A stretch of 64,000 nucleotides of DNA, taken from NCBI GenBank assembly GCA_907165135.1, contig OU015567.1, positions 7,502,001 to 7,566,000 on the forward strand. Reading direction: 5' to 3'. The notes beneath the pieces are model-generated. The model did no database searches. It was not told the origin of the DNA and saw only the letters and a list, made by a program, of their open reading frames with translations. The stretch comes from Oikopleura dioica. Its lineage: Eukaryota; Animalia; Chordata. Positions 29,150-41,897 of this stretch are shown piece by piece (the first letter of the stretch is position 1; each line of letters starts with the position of its first letter). A program made the translations under genes and the position numbers.

Positions 29150-32100
29150 ATGACGAACTGGCTCCAGCTAACTAGACTTTTCGCCAACAAGAAGGCTATA
29201 ATTGTTCTCCAAGGTATGGGTTCATATTCTTGAGAAGAAGGATTCTTTAGTGAGTAAAAGTATGAACCCTCGTTGTTGTTTTTATAATTTTATTTTTGTT
29301 ACTTCAATTTCGTCTTCCCGATATCAGTTCTCCGGCCAAGGTAAAAACATCTTTGACTATTTTAGCGAAGATTTTAGCTTTTTGAAACTAATGTCATTTT
29401 TAGCACCAATCCGAATCTGAGCTAGAAAGAATTAAAAACTCAGTGAAAATCGAACTGCGAGAACTTGAAAGGTACTTTCTCTCATTCCATGATACTGTAA
29501 TTATTTTGTTTCCGGTAGGACACGTGACACAGAGCAAAAAAAAGTAGAAAGCGTGCGTAAAAATGTCCTTGCTGAAGAACAGCGTCTCAAGCAACTGAAA
29601 TCAGATGTGGCTGACTATCGTGGTCAAATTCAAGCTCTTGAGCGCGAATTACGCCAAAAAGCTGCGATTCAGAATCCGCCCGTGATGCCTCCGGAGCGTA
29701 TCTTTCCACCGCATGAGATTCCGACGATCCCCTTCAGGGCCAATATTGACTGTTCCCGCGGCGACTGTTTTGATTACACCCGATGTCCGTTGACGGGTGG
29801 ATTTCCGGTTTATCTTTATCCCATCGATCATATTCTCGACGATGTTACACACCGTCGCGCTGAGAATATCCAAGCCGGGCTACGTAAAATGCTGCAGATT
29901 GTCGAAGACGCAAATACCGCCTGTATTTGGTTTTTCATAACTGATAGTGTCGGTGATTTCGACCCAGAAACGCTTGAACATTGGCATGGTGATGGGAGAA
30001 ATCATGTGATTATGGACCTGTCAGGCAGCTCAAGCTGGGGCGATATTGGCAGAGCTTCGAAAATGGGAACAGGCTTTGCGAATGTTTTGCCTTTTGATCT
30101 CCTTTTGCCAGAACCGATCGAGCTTCATCAACCAATTTGGGAGATCGCACCGCTTATGACTCCAATAAAACGCGCTCATCGACTCGTTTTTCAATTCTCT
30201 CCGCCACAAGGTGCCAGCAAAATCGTCGAGCAGCTGGCCTTGTTGAAGAAGCAACCGGATAATGTGGTAGAACCTGTTTCCTGCGGCGCGAAGCCTTGGG
30301 CGAATTGTGGGACGCTGGAAGAAAGGCTTGAGATCTTGTCGACGTCGACATTTTCCCTTGTTCTCGTTGAGAATAGTTTTGCTGATGTTTCTGATCGGCT
30401 TCTCGAAAGTTTGCTTTCCGGCGCCGTGCCGGTGGTGCTATCGTACTCTGGTGTATTGCCACTGCCCCTTAACGCTGTTATCGACTGGTCGAAAGCGTCC
30501 TTGCAACTTCCACTTTCGCGTCTTCCCGAGTTGTCGTTTTTGCTCAGTTCCATGACCTCGGATGATATCTTCGACTTGAGAAGACAAGGACGGTTTCTTC
30601 TCGAAGAATACTTCTCCTCCGAAGTCAAATCAGTCTACAGCGGTCTTCAAGCGCTCAGACACAAGATCGGATTGACCCCTCCTCCGATGGAACAAGCTGT
30701 CGGCGAAACGACGGACATTGAAAAGTTCTACCCGCCAACTTTACCCGCCGAACCAAACTTTCTCGATGAGGAAGCAAAGGACGAATTCGTATCAATCCAG
30801 GTAAACATGATTTTTTGTCGACTCACTTGGCTATCAATTCTGTTTCAGTCATTATCGCCGCTTCCATCGCCTGTTTTTCCTCAAAATTACACATATTTGA
30901 TCAAGGATTATTTCAACTCTGTTGGTCCCTTTGCACACAAAATGATCGATGTCAATATTTTGGCAACGCCGCTACCATCAGAAGAAAAGTTCCACGACAA
31001 ACAACTCCCGTTTGACCCCATTTGTGGGGGAGCAGGGGGCGATGGGACGCAATACCAGGTAACATTATGCCTTCTTCCTTGATTTCATACAATTTTCAGA
31101 GCGCACTTGGTGGTAACTTTCCACGAGAAGAGTTCACTGTAGTTATTTTGACCTACAAGCGCGATGATGTCCTTATCGGTACCCTTTCTCGTCTCGTGAA
31201 TCAGCCACACTTGAACAAAGTCGTTGTTGTTTGGAACTCTCCCTATCCGATTCCAGACAATCTTCAATGGCCAGCTATTGGAGCCCCAGTAGAAGTTGTC
31301 ATTCCTGAGCAAAACTCGTTGAATAATCGATTTCTTCCTTACAAAAACATCGAAACGGAAGCAATTCTTTCTCTCGATGATGATACGCATCTGAGAAGGG
31401 ATGAGATCGAGTTTGCTTTTCGGACATGGAGAGAAGTAAGATTTATTAACGATAATTGAGTCAAAAACTGATAAACTTCAGAATCGCGACAGAATCGTTG
31501 GCTTTCCGGGAAGACACCACTCATGGGAGAATGGAGGGTGGTTTTATAACTCTAACCACACTTGCGAGCTGTCAATGGTCCTCACAGGCGCAGCATTTTT
31601 TCACAAGCAGTACTCGTATCTGTACTCAAACTGGCAGCCTCCCGAAGTCAAGGCCCTTGTCGACGAGCTGATGAATTGTGAGGACATTGCCCTCAACTTT
31701 CTCGTTTCTCATCTTACCCGAAAAGTGAGAAAGACTAGAAGTTAAAAACTAAAAAATTGATTTACTAGCCTCCTGTAAAAGTAACTTCCCGCTGGACTTT
31801 CCGATGCTTAGGCTGCCCAGAAGCTCTGAGTTCCACAGATGGTCATTTCAATGAGCGCCACTACTGTATAAAGGTGACTAAAAATGACTGCGAATGATCG
31901 AAGCCAGCGTTGATCATCAGTTATCGATACCGTCTTTTCTTGATATTTCGCCCCGCGCTTTATAAACTTGTCCGGTTCTGGATATATTTCATTCCTTTTT
32001 CATCTAAACTTGGAATAAATAGACTTTTTACTTCTTGGAAAAATGAGCAAAAATGCTAAGAAAATCTACTCAAAACATAAAATGCGCAGATTGAATTACA

Positions 32101-32360
32101 ATACTGGGCCGATTACTAGCTACAATAACGCAAGCTTTCATTCTCTTCAAGCCAAACCCCAAAAGCCGATAAAAAGAATAACAGTGTGGCGAAGACTTGA
32201 TTTCTCTTCCATCGAAGTAAAGGTAATAATTTCTTATTTCTAGCGCTTGACGAAGATCTGGGGCTACAATCCGCTGCTGTACACTGGTTACAGAGTTGAC
32301 TCTGTATTATTCAAAACTAGACTGCCCCACGATAAACAGAAATGCTTCAAATTTATCTAA
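29150..32360 (+). CDS. EXTL3: Exostosin-like 3 glycosyltransferase (5' end uncertain)
   Basis: TM helix and coiled coil, [20 protein letters not shown]64 domain [40 protein letters not shown], and C-terminal [22 protein letters not shown]. Confidence 0.92.
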
Positions 32361-32644
32361 CCAATTCTTTAACGACTTTATCAAGCTCCAATTTTGCCTT
32401 GCCATGTAAAAAAGATATTATCAAAGATTTAAAAAAGAGTTCTTATTTATTATAATTTATAAATTATATTTGCTTTGCCTCTATGATACAATTTCGCAAT
32501 ACCATATGTTTCCAACCAACTTTCTTCATAATTAAAAAAGGGATTCTTTACCAACAAAATCGTAATTTTTCAATTTAGAAAGAAAGTAAGGACTCATCGC
32601 CAAGCTTGACCGAAGTCGACTTTTTGGCTCTTCCCGATCAAAAA

Positions 32645-34528
32645 ATGACGGTGAATTTAATGCCAAGTCGCAAGTCCCGTGGCCAAAGAAGAAGTGTTGA
32701 GGGCGAAAATGATCAGATCAAAAGGTATGAAGATAATCAAACTGCATGCTTTCCTCTAGAACACTCTTGTTTATCGAAAACTACAAGATGCTATTTTCCT
32801 AAATTCACAAATTTGCGAGTGACAAAATGAAGAAGAGTCCCATTTTTAGAGAACGTTTTCCCGCTTTTAAAGGCAATTTGTGGAAGTATGTCTTTTTTCA
32901 AGAGAGTCTTTAAGAGAGAAAATATTTTAATCAAACATTAAGCGAGCCAGAGCCGGCAGAAACGCAACGTCGACCGAATTACGACGATCTGCCTTCAGAG
33001 TTCGCTATTTGCGACCCGAATAGCACCACTCCAATGGCCCCAAAACCACCACTACCTGCGACTCCGAAAACTCCGCAAAACGTTCAGAAGAAGCCAGAAG
33101 CCTCAAAGAAAACAGAAAATAAGCCGAAAAACGATCGCGCACAGCAAGAAAGAAAACCGCCAAAAGAAATGATGAAGAAGCCTGCAAAAGAAAACCGACA
33201 GAATGCGAAAAATCCCGCGAAAGAAGCCGTCAAAAAGCAAGATGATCGAGTCAAACGAGTGGAATCCCAAGAAAGAAGTGAGAGAATTTCTTGTAAAATT
33301 GTCCTTTATTTGCTATTTTCAGAATCGACAGAAGATTTGATCAAGGACTTGATCGCGCGCAACGAGGAAATCGGCTCTTTGATGAAGATCGTTCAGGGCA
33401 ATATTCCCAGCCAGAAATCAACCGAGAAGAAGCTCCTGAAGCAGGAGCTCAAGAATCTGTCTCACATGTAAGTTAAGCAAAAGAATATACACTCTAATTG
33501 AGTTTTAGGCAAGACATGTATGCAGGAAACTGCCTCTCCATCGCTCTTCGACTCTTCAATGCTGAATCTTCATCTGAAAAAACTGACAAGCATCGCATCG
33601 ATTTATATAGAAGCATCGGTCGTTACAAGCAAAAAAGTGAAGAAAAGACGGCGGAAATAAATGCTGCCATGAGCAAGCTTTCTGTAAATAACAAAGAAGC
33701 GGAAACGCAAAAGATGGAAAAACAGCCAAAGAAGATTAAAAAAGGTAACAGAACGATTAATTCAAAACCGATTAATTCAATCTTCTCGCAGAGTTTAACC
33801 AGGGATCTCCAAAAAACTCAAAAACTGCCGAAAAGAATCCAGATCCAGTCAAACTCAAGCCTGCTCATAAAATGGCCGTTCCAGAGCCAGCCCGAAAAGA
33901 AGGATCGGGAATCTCTTCCAATTCCGGCCCGACGTCAGAATCAGAAGTCACTGAAGAGCAAATAGAAGCGATGGAAAGTGATCCATGTAAGTACAGTTGT
34001 GGCAAATATTTTCTCAATAACAGCTGCGCGGGATTAATTCTTTGTCAACTAGGAACAAACTTTGAAACAATCTAGACGAGTTTTGACGTATCTTCAAATT
34101 TGCCTCCTCTTCATTTTTGTCAAATGCTGATCATTGTGAAGTTACTGTAATTTTCTTACTCTCCTATTCTTTTCGATTTCAAGCCTCTCGTTCATTTCAT
34201 CGAGATTGATGGAAACTGCTTTTTCAAAATAACGATTTCAGATCTCGTCTATGACGAAGTCGATGCGCTCGCCGGTCAACTGTCTGATTGCGACATTGTT
34301 CATGCAAAACAATATGTTGAGCCTGAGCCTTATTATTCTGCGCGAGAAGTTTCCCAAGAGATGGCAAAGCTGAAACTCGAAGAAAACGCTGTTTCTGTGA
34401 TTCACGACTCCCATCTCGCCCGAGAAATGGAGCCATCTGAATTCACTGAAATCAACGACGACTACTGCAAGGCTTGCGAGGACCTTGGACAACCCTGCGA
34501 GGACTGCGACGAACTTTCCGGCTGGTGA
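32645..34528 (+). CDS. Uncharacterised Lys/Pro-rich protein with C-terminal CxxC-x6-CxxC
   Basis: Chain of ORFs 32606, 33034, 33498 and 33872, plus an unlisted last exon ~34242-34528 reading DLVYDEVDALAGQL...DDYCKACEDLGQPCEDCDELSGW*. Confidence 0.5.
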
Positions 34529-34804
34529 ATCTCGCCTTCTATCTCAATTTATAACTTTATTTGTGGTGCGTTTTATTTTCAAGCCAACTGCCTCCACTTT
34601 TTCTTTTATATACTCGTCGAATTTTAATTTTGAATACACGGAAAATAGAAAAAATTACCACAGAAAAGTTTTCGGAGTTGTTTTCAGGCCAAAAAATGTC
34701 TTCGAAGTTCCAGTTGAGTATTTTTGCCAGTGCGGCACTTTCTTCGTTCCCATGCCTTTTACTCAGGGTCGAAATTTGTCACTTCTACTTGCGACTGTTC
34801 TGAT

Positions 34805-35714
34805 TTACGGCCCGATTCCTAACGGCTCGTCGTACCAGTATTTGAAGCCAGCACGTGCGCGCACTTGAGCAGCTAGAACGGGAAAATTTGAGATGCTTTG
34901 TTGTGAGGGTAAGTATTGTACCTGAGTTTGCTGAAGCGCGTGTTGCCGGGCGCTAGAAAGAGAACAGTCAGTGCGGCTATCATCATCTGACAATAGAGAG
35001 GGTCCCGATCATCTTTATTGTTTGACTAGTCTTTTGAAAGTAGTCTCATGCGGATATTATGAAATCGAGGAAGAATATAAAAAAAATATGAGTTGCTTTT
35101 GCATGGGAATTCTCCTTGACAACTCCTACGGGAAATCGAGCTTGACAATATCATAAAGATAAAGTCGAACTTGTTCTTTTTCGACTTGAATATGGGCCAA
35201 CTCATACCTTGAAAGACTCAGTATACTCAGTTTTACATCTGAGCATATTTGGGGCAGTTCTACATCTAACCATCGGGACTGGCCTCCGTTGATCCTCAAG
35301 CCCTTCCATATTATTTCTAAGCTTCGCATAATGATCAGTTCTTCTATTCTTCAGCTGTGCCCACTCCTCTCTCGTCCAAAAGGACATCAATCCGTTCGGA
35401 TAATTGTTCATTCTAGTAAAAACTCTCTCGTCTGACAAAAAGTGGAAACTCTTTTCTAACCCTAATCCGGAAATCTTGAAGCCACTCTTGTGCCGTAGCA
35501 GGTCGCTATTGACAATGGCGCTGGCGTGTGGTGGGGATATTTGCTTACCTTAGACTCTGATAAAAGCTGCAATCGTAAATGATACGTGTCAGGCACGGCT
35601 GTTGTTTGTAAAACTTTCAGCATTATTGCTTTATGCAGTGTATTTTGCTTGTCAAATACTGCTGTCTTTTGACATTTACTGTATTCTTTTTCTTCTGAGA
35701 TTTGCAGTTTCATA
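34805..35714 (-). CDS. Possible uncharacterised multi-exon gene, head-to-head with BRCA2
   Basis: Short minus-strand ORFs (35462-35737, 35202-35438, 35126-35329, 34805-34993) with GT/AG boundaries. Phases could not be fully reconciled. Confidence 0.3.
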
Positions 35715-35764
35715 TAGTCTTCTTTGATTTCCCTCAAAAAATCATCAATTTACAATTCTAGACA

Positions 35765-38700
35765 ATGGATGAATCGGACGACAGCTTTTTATACCCGAAG
35801 GGAGATGATTCTCTTGTGTACAGCCATCCCAACAATATCTTCGAACCGAATAACTCCGAGATCGCGTATATAAAAAGCGAGCTTCCCAAATGTGACGACT
35901 CAGCGAGCCAGATTAATACGTCTAGTCAACTTGCGCAGAAATTACTCGACGATGAAAGCTTTGTGATTCCAGAATTAAATTCAGAAAGTGTTTCTGAACC
36001 CGGCCCAGCGCCACAGGAAAGGGCTTGAATGAGTTCGAAAGAAAAGTAACGAGTTAGTGTCTTTGTATTGAACTCGACAAAAGCCCTTATTGAAGCTGCT
36101 GTTCACAACGGGAGATCTGCAAAGTAAACTTTCCACAAGAAGCCTCAAATTCAATAAGGACCTTTTTGCGGATCTCGATGGCCCTTTGGTATCAAAAGAA
36201 AACCAAAGAAACAAGCCGAGAGGCCTTCCGACGACCGGAAATAAACGAACAGTCACATATGGGAAGAAATACTGGAGTCAGAAATTAAAAGAAGACGATC
36301 CTGACGACGATTTCAGTCAAGAGCTGACATCGCAGTACTTCGTCAAGCTTCAAACTCAAAAATCAGTGCAAACAAATGCTATTCCAGCGAAAGAAAAAGT
36401 TCAAAACGGTGACGAAGACGATGAATTCGACTTCTCCGCGTACAAGCCACCACCAAAGAGCTCATTCAAACCTCCCTCGAAAAACACATCGAAGATCCAC
36501 AATTCAGTTGAGACGATTTTCAATAAGGATTTCTGAGTGAAATCCTTACCCCCCTCTTTTATTTGCTTGTTAGAAAGAGCGTAAAAAGTTACACTAGAAA
36601 CACTGAAAAAATCAAGAGATTTTCAAAATATTGACCTCGTGCCACGTGACTGAAGTTCCAAAAGTACCATTTCTTTCGGACATCGGCATTTCCAAGTCCT
36701 CTTAGCTGAGCAGGCATGCGATACATGAAAATGATCGTCTTGTCGAGCTCTACATCGGCATCTTGGTTTCAATCCTTGTAATTTAGTTTTCCATCCCTTT
36801 CTAAAATCAGCTGTTTGCTGAAAATATTGATTTCGAGAAAAAAGGGATGAAAAGGTTTGAGACTGACACGCCGATGTAGAGCTCGACGAGACGATCATTT
36901 TCATGTATCGCATGCCTGCGTACCTAAGAGTAGTCGGAAATGCCGATGTCCGGAAGAAAAGGTACTTTTGGAACTTCAATCACGTGCTATGACGTAATAA
37001 CTTCAAAAATTTCATCCTTTTTTGGTGGAATCTGGCATAACTTTTTACGCTCTTTTAAATGAGCTAATAAAAAAGGGGGGTAAGGATTTCACTCAGAATT
37101 CCTTATTGAAAATCGTCTGAGTTGCTGAAAAGATTTGATCAATCTGTCGCCACTTCACTTTTTACAACAGGAGCAGGCTCAACCATTGCTCTTCCTGGAG
37201 TTCCTTTACCAAACAATATCCAGTCTCCTTCTGTATTTGCCAGTCCTAAAAATCCTCTCAAGGAAGTCGGAAATGATAAGAAAGCGTTTGCAGCTGTCGA
37301 GGGAAGGAAACTACCGCTTTCTGAGGTTGATATGAATCAAATAGTTCCTAAGAGTCCGAGAGAAACGAGCTTGGATGTTTCGTTCGATCCATCGCAAGCC
37401 CTTTTCACCAATTCGCCTTATGGAGCGAGTCCGATTTACAAGTCTGAAGATACGGATAAACCAAAGAAATCATCCGAAAATTTGAGGAAGGATATCTTTC
37501 AAGGCTTGGACGATTCCTTCGAATTCAAAGGATTCCAAACTGGACTCGGAGTCCCTGCTAAAATTGATGAAGCAGCCTTGCAAGCAGTTCGGGCTGCTGG
37601 CCCTGAAAGCAAGAACACTGGCTTTGAGAACTGCTTGGGAGTCAAGGCGAAAATTGATGAATCGGCGATCAGTGCAAGTAAGCAGCTCTTGAATACATCT
37701 AACGAGCCCGCCGCTTCTGCCAAGACTGCCGACGTTGACGACGAGTTTAGTCAGGATTTGACATCGCAGTATTTTCTGAAGCTCCCAACTCAAACAGCGC
37801 CTCAACTAAAGAACACTGGCTTCCAAAATTGTCATGGAGTAGCGCCCAAAATAGATGAAAATGCACTCAAAGCTGTCCGAGCTGGGAATCCTCAAAAGTC
37901 ACCTGAAAGAAAGAACACTGGATTTCAGAACTGTTTCGGCGTAGAAGCAAAAATTTACGAAAAAGCTCTGAAAGCTGTTCGAGCTAACAACCCTCCCGGT
38001 TCTCCAGAAAAGAAGAATACCGGATTTCAGAATTGCTTTGGAGAAAAAGCGAAAATTGACGAAAACGCGCTGAAAGCTGTTCGTGCCGCGGACCCTTCAC
38101 GGTTGCTTGAAAGAAAGAATACTGGCTTTCAGAATTGTTTGGGTGTCAAAACGAAAATAGATGAATCAGCGCTCCAAGCTGTTCGTGGTGCAGATGCTCT
38201 TACGTCGCTTGAACGACAGAACACTGGATTTCAAAATTGTTTTGGCGTCAAAGCTAAAATTGATGAATCCGCTCTACAAGCTGTCCGAAGCTCTAACCCT
38301 CCGAAATCGTTTGAAATAAGGAATACAGGATTTCAAACTGCCCATGGCGTCCCAATGCAAGTGAATGAGGACGCACTGCGAGCGGTTAAAAATTCCACAA
38401 GCTTGAATCAGAATACCTCTAAGCCGGAGTTCAGAGGCTTTCAAACATGCCTTGGTACCCAAGTCAAACCTGATGAAGCTGAACTCAATTATGTCAGAGG
38501 AAAGGAAGAGAAATCCGTGTCGGTGGCAGACAACTCTCAGAATACCACAGCTGAAAATATGAATGCGAAGATGGACATGCTTATCTCTGAAATACCCAAG
38601 GAACCTTCAAAATCTGCTACATGTCCATCACAAGCGTTTTTCGCTGATGTCTGGGAAAAAGATCTGAAAAAAGAACGAGAAATGAATCCTTTCGCAAAGC

Positions 38701-41700
38701 CACCTCCGAATGCAGATCAGCCCAAGCCGACTATCCAAAAAGAAAATGTTGCAAAGCCAGATTTACCGAAGTCAACAATCCAATACAGAGAACTTCCAAA
38801 ACCAGATTTCGCGATCAAGCCATCTATCAAGCGAAAGTCTGACGAGAATGAATTTCCGGCGAAGAAGTTCAAGCCATCTCATTCGTCATCAGCAACTGAA
38901 TCGTTCATTCCTCCTTCTAAAGAACCAAAACCTCCAGAACATAAAGAAGCGAAGAGAAAGAGTCTCGATGAATTCATGGCAAAATTTGTTTCCGAAACTT
39001 GTCTAAATTCAATTCATTTGCCCACCAGTTTGCGTCATCCTCCTCTCGAATCGTTGTGGGAGGAGTATAGAGATCTGCCAGACGAACCAACCGCGGAGAC
39101 AAATATTGAATGTGAAGCGGATACAGATATTGAATGTGAAGCGGATACAGAGCTTATTAATAAACAAGAATCGGATTGTCAACCTTCTCAGCCGCCACGC
39201 AAGTACGTCTATGTTCAACGCTTACCAGAGCCAAAGCCAGAAGAAGTAAATGAACGAAGCTATCAGTTTTGTGCTAATTTCTTTCATCCGGAAACTGACT
39301 CCATTATGTACAAATACGCTCTTCTTGCGGATGAACTGCGTCTCAAAGAGTTGCAAGCAAAGTTGACCAGTGTCAAAAGATCTTCTTCATTCGCCATTCC
39401 AGTAAAATCGGCTGCTAAGAACAATTCGAAGCACAGTACTCCCATCCCTACTCGAAGTAACAAACCCGTCAAATCTCCAGATCTTGCTCTTAGTCCGATA
39501 AAAGAAGCGAAATCATCGGAGACAACCGGTATGATTAAATATATCGCGGAAGAAGATGAAGACTTCGATATGGACCTTGACGAAGAAACAGAAGATCGTG
39601 TCATGTCTGAAGAAGAAGTAAAGCAATTAAATGCATTGATCAGGAAGATCGACGAGGAGATCGATTGTCGGAAGAAAAGTCAAGAAAACCGCTACGGAGT
39701 GCTGTTCCAAAGCAAGAAATACTACACCGAAAGAGGCCAGACGATTCCATTGAGTCAGTTCAAGCCGCAAGTAAATACAGAGGATGAGCCTGCTGATCCA
39801 GAGCGCAATTTCAACTTGTTCGACTTTTGGCCAAAGGAAGATATTTTGGCTGGTAAGAAAACGTCCGATGATGGAACATTCAGCTGCGCAGCAGATGGAA
39901 CTTTCGGCTCGCGACATATCCAGCGCACTCTTCACAGCTCGACGATCAATAGCTCGTTCCACTCTAAATTGTCAATTAACTGGGTAGAAAATCACGCCAA
40001 ACTCGTCAAGCAAAAGCTCGCTGGATACAACAACTATCTCGATCACGAACTGCGCGAAAAGGTCTTCACCCCCGACGCGTTAGTCGACCAACTTCGACTC
40101 AGGGCTGACTTGGAATTTATCGACGGAAAGAGAAGTCTCATTGTGAAGATTTCCGAGCAGGATGTTGCTCCGGCTATGCCTGCTGTTCTTTTCATTTCCT
40201 CCAAGGAGCCTCTCAGGTATTTCGTTTCTATTAAGACGCTTTTAATTAATTCTGAATAGACTATCAGATGGCTGGTACGAAATCAAATGCGATGGCGATG
40301 CTTTGATAAAGCAGCGTCTTGAAAAACTCCCAATCGGTTCCAAAATCCTCATTTGTGGCGCAACCCTTGCCAAAGACGCTCAAGCTTCACACCCGTTGGA
40401 GAATATTTCCGAAATTCACATAACCGCGAATTCCACGAAGCGCGTAAAATGGTATACGAAACTTGGGCCGTTTTACAAAAACGTTACGCCTTCGACATTA
40501 TCTTCTATTTCCTCCTCTGGCAGGAGTATTTACAAGCTGAAGCTGAAAATAACAAGAAAGTACCCAGATATTTGGCTTCAAGACAACCCAGCAAAAGAGA
40601 GCAAAGATAGACGAGTAGTTTTTTCAAAAAGACAGCGAGATCGATGGCATGCTCAGAAAGACAAAGATCTGGACAAGCAAAGAGAATCGCTCGCAGCAAG
40701 TATCAGGTAAATATATAAAATGATAAAATGCAAGATTTTATTCAAATCTTTAAAGAAAGAAACATCGAGAAAACCTCGACGAAGATCTAGCCAACTTGAC
40801 AATCAAAGAAATCAGCGTGCTAGACGATCCAGAAGAAATTTACACTGCAGTCACGCTTTCAAAAGACCCAGAATATACAATTTCGAACTTGACTGAAGAA
40901 CAACGGCAGAAATACCAAAGTAAACACGCTTTTTGTCCGTCCAACAATTCACGCTCTTTTCAGAATTCGCCGAGAAGCAAAACTTCAAGATAAACGAGAC
41001 TTTCCAACGTGAGCAGCGACAATCCAGCGGAAAAACGACAAAGAAATTGAGATTTAAAGTCAAGGAGGGAAATAGAACCAATATTCTGCAAATTGATGAG
41101 AGCAAACTGCGCGACCAATCTCTGAAAGCAGGATCTATCGGTAATTCTAGCATTTGTAGTCCTCTGCTTCAAAGTGTCGCTTCTAGTGATCGTTGAAATG
41201 GCAAACATCGCATATCGAGGCCAAATCACAATCCCGAAAAACGGGATCGTGCGTGTCATTGAACAGGAATTCGTGAAACCTGAGTTGCCCGCAGAATACG
41301 CTAATATCCTTCCAGAACTCGCTGAGACCACAAAAGAGGTTGACATCGTTGGAATTGTCGTTCATCTTGCACCTACATCATGCGTACTTGCTGATAATAA
41401 GAAGCAGTTTGTAACTGTTCAGTTGGAGAAAAATACTTGGGACTTTGAAGCTCTCGACAAAATTGTTCTTGTCGGAGCTGTACTCGGTAATTAGCTTTCA
41501 AAGAAACACCCTCTTACCGTGCAAAATCTTAGCATTTAAAAACTTGGAAGTCGACCGCCAAAAAGCAGCGCAACTCAATTATACCCACGTCTCCGAAGTA
41601 CTTTCCCAGGTGTCCGACTTCCAGGGCTCTCGCGGCGCGCTTTTCAACCTCTTCAATGCTTACAACAAAGTGCTTGCTCGCTCCGGCCACGAGAAGTTCA

Positions 41701-41897
41701 TTTCTGCCTATCGATCTTCACCCAAATCTTCGTCCTTTTCTACACCGACGCGCCCCATACCGAATTCTTCAATAAACCCAACCACTCCCCTTAGTTCCAG
41801 AAAACCACCCGGAAATGCCGATCGAATGCACCAGCTGGAAATGGCAGAAGAGAAGTGGTCCCGCTCGAGCTTCTCTTTCAACCAAACCTCAAACTAA
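35765..41897 (+). CDS. BRCA2: BRCA2 (BRC-like repeats; helical, OB1, tower, OB2 and OB3 DNA-binding domain)
   Basis: WVENH..QLRLRADLEFIDGKRS..LSDGWYEI..GSKILICGATL..HPLE..ITANSTKRVKWYTKLG (OB1), tower YTAVTLSKDPEY, OB3 EVDIVGIV; nine BRC-like repeats. Confidence 0.92.
36513..37116. mobile_element. 604-bp fold-back MITE inside BRCA2 coding sequence, forming an intron
   Basis: The arms acgattttcaataagga(t/a)ttctgagtgaaatccttacccc... are inverted over ~290 bp each around an ~18-nt loop. Flanks are TTGAG (36508-12) and CTGAG (37117-21). Confidence 0.9.
37520..38510 (+). repeat. Nine BRC-like repeats; repeats 3-8 in exact 102-nt period
   Basis: The NTGFQNC.G..AKIDE.AL.AVR unit starts at ~37812, 37914, 38016, 38118, 38220 and 38322, with flanking copies at ~37524, 37613 and 38430. 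Confidence 0.85.
39103..39150 (+). repeat. 24-nt x2 coding tandem duplication in BRCA2 (IECEADTD/E)
   Basis: atattgaatgtgaagcggatacag is repeated twice. Confidence 0.85.

Noticed and set aside
36623-36979. 118-aa minus-strand ORF within the BRCA2 MITE
   Set aside because: It lies wholly in the fold-back arms and has no transposase motifs.
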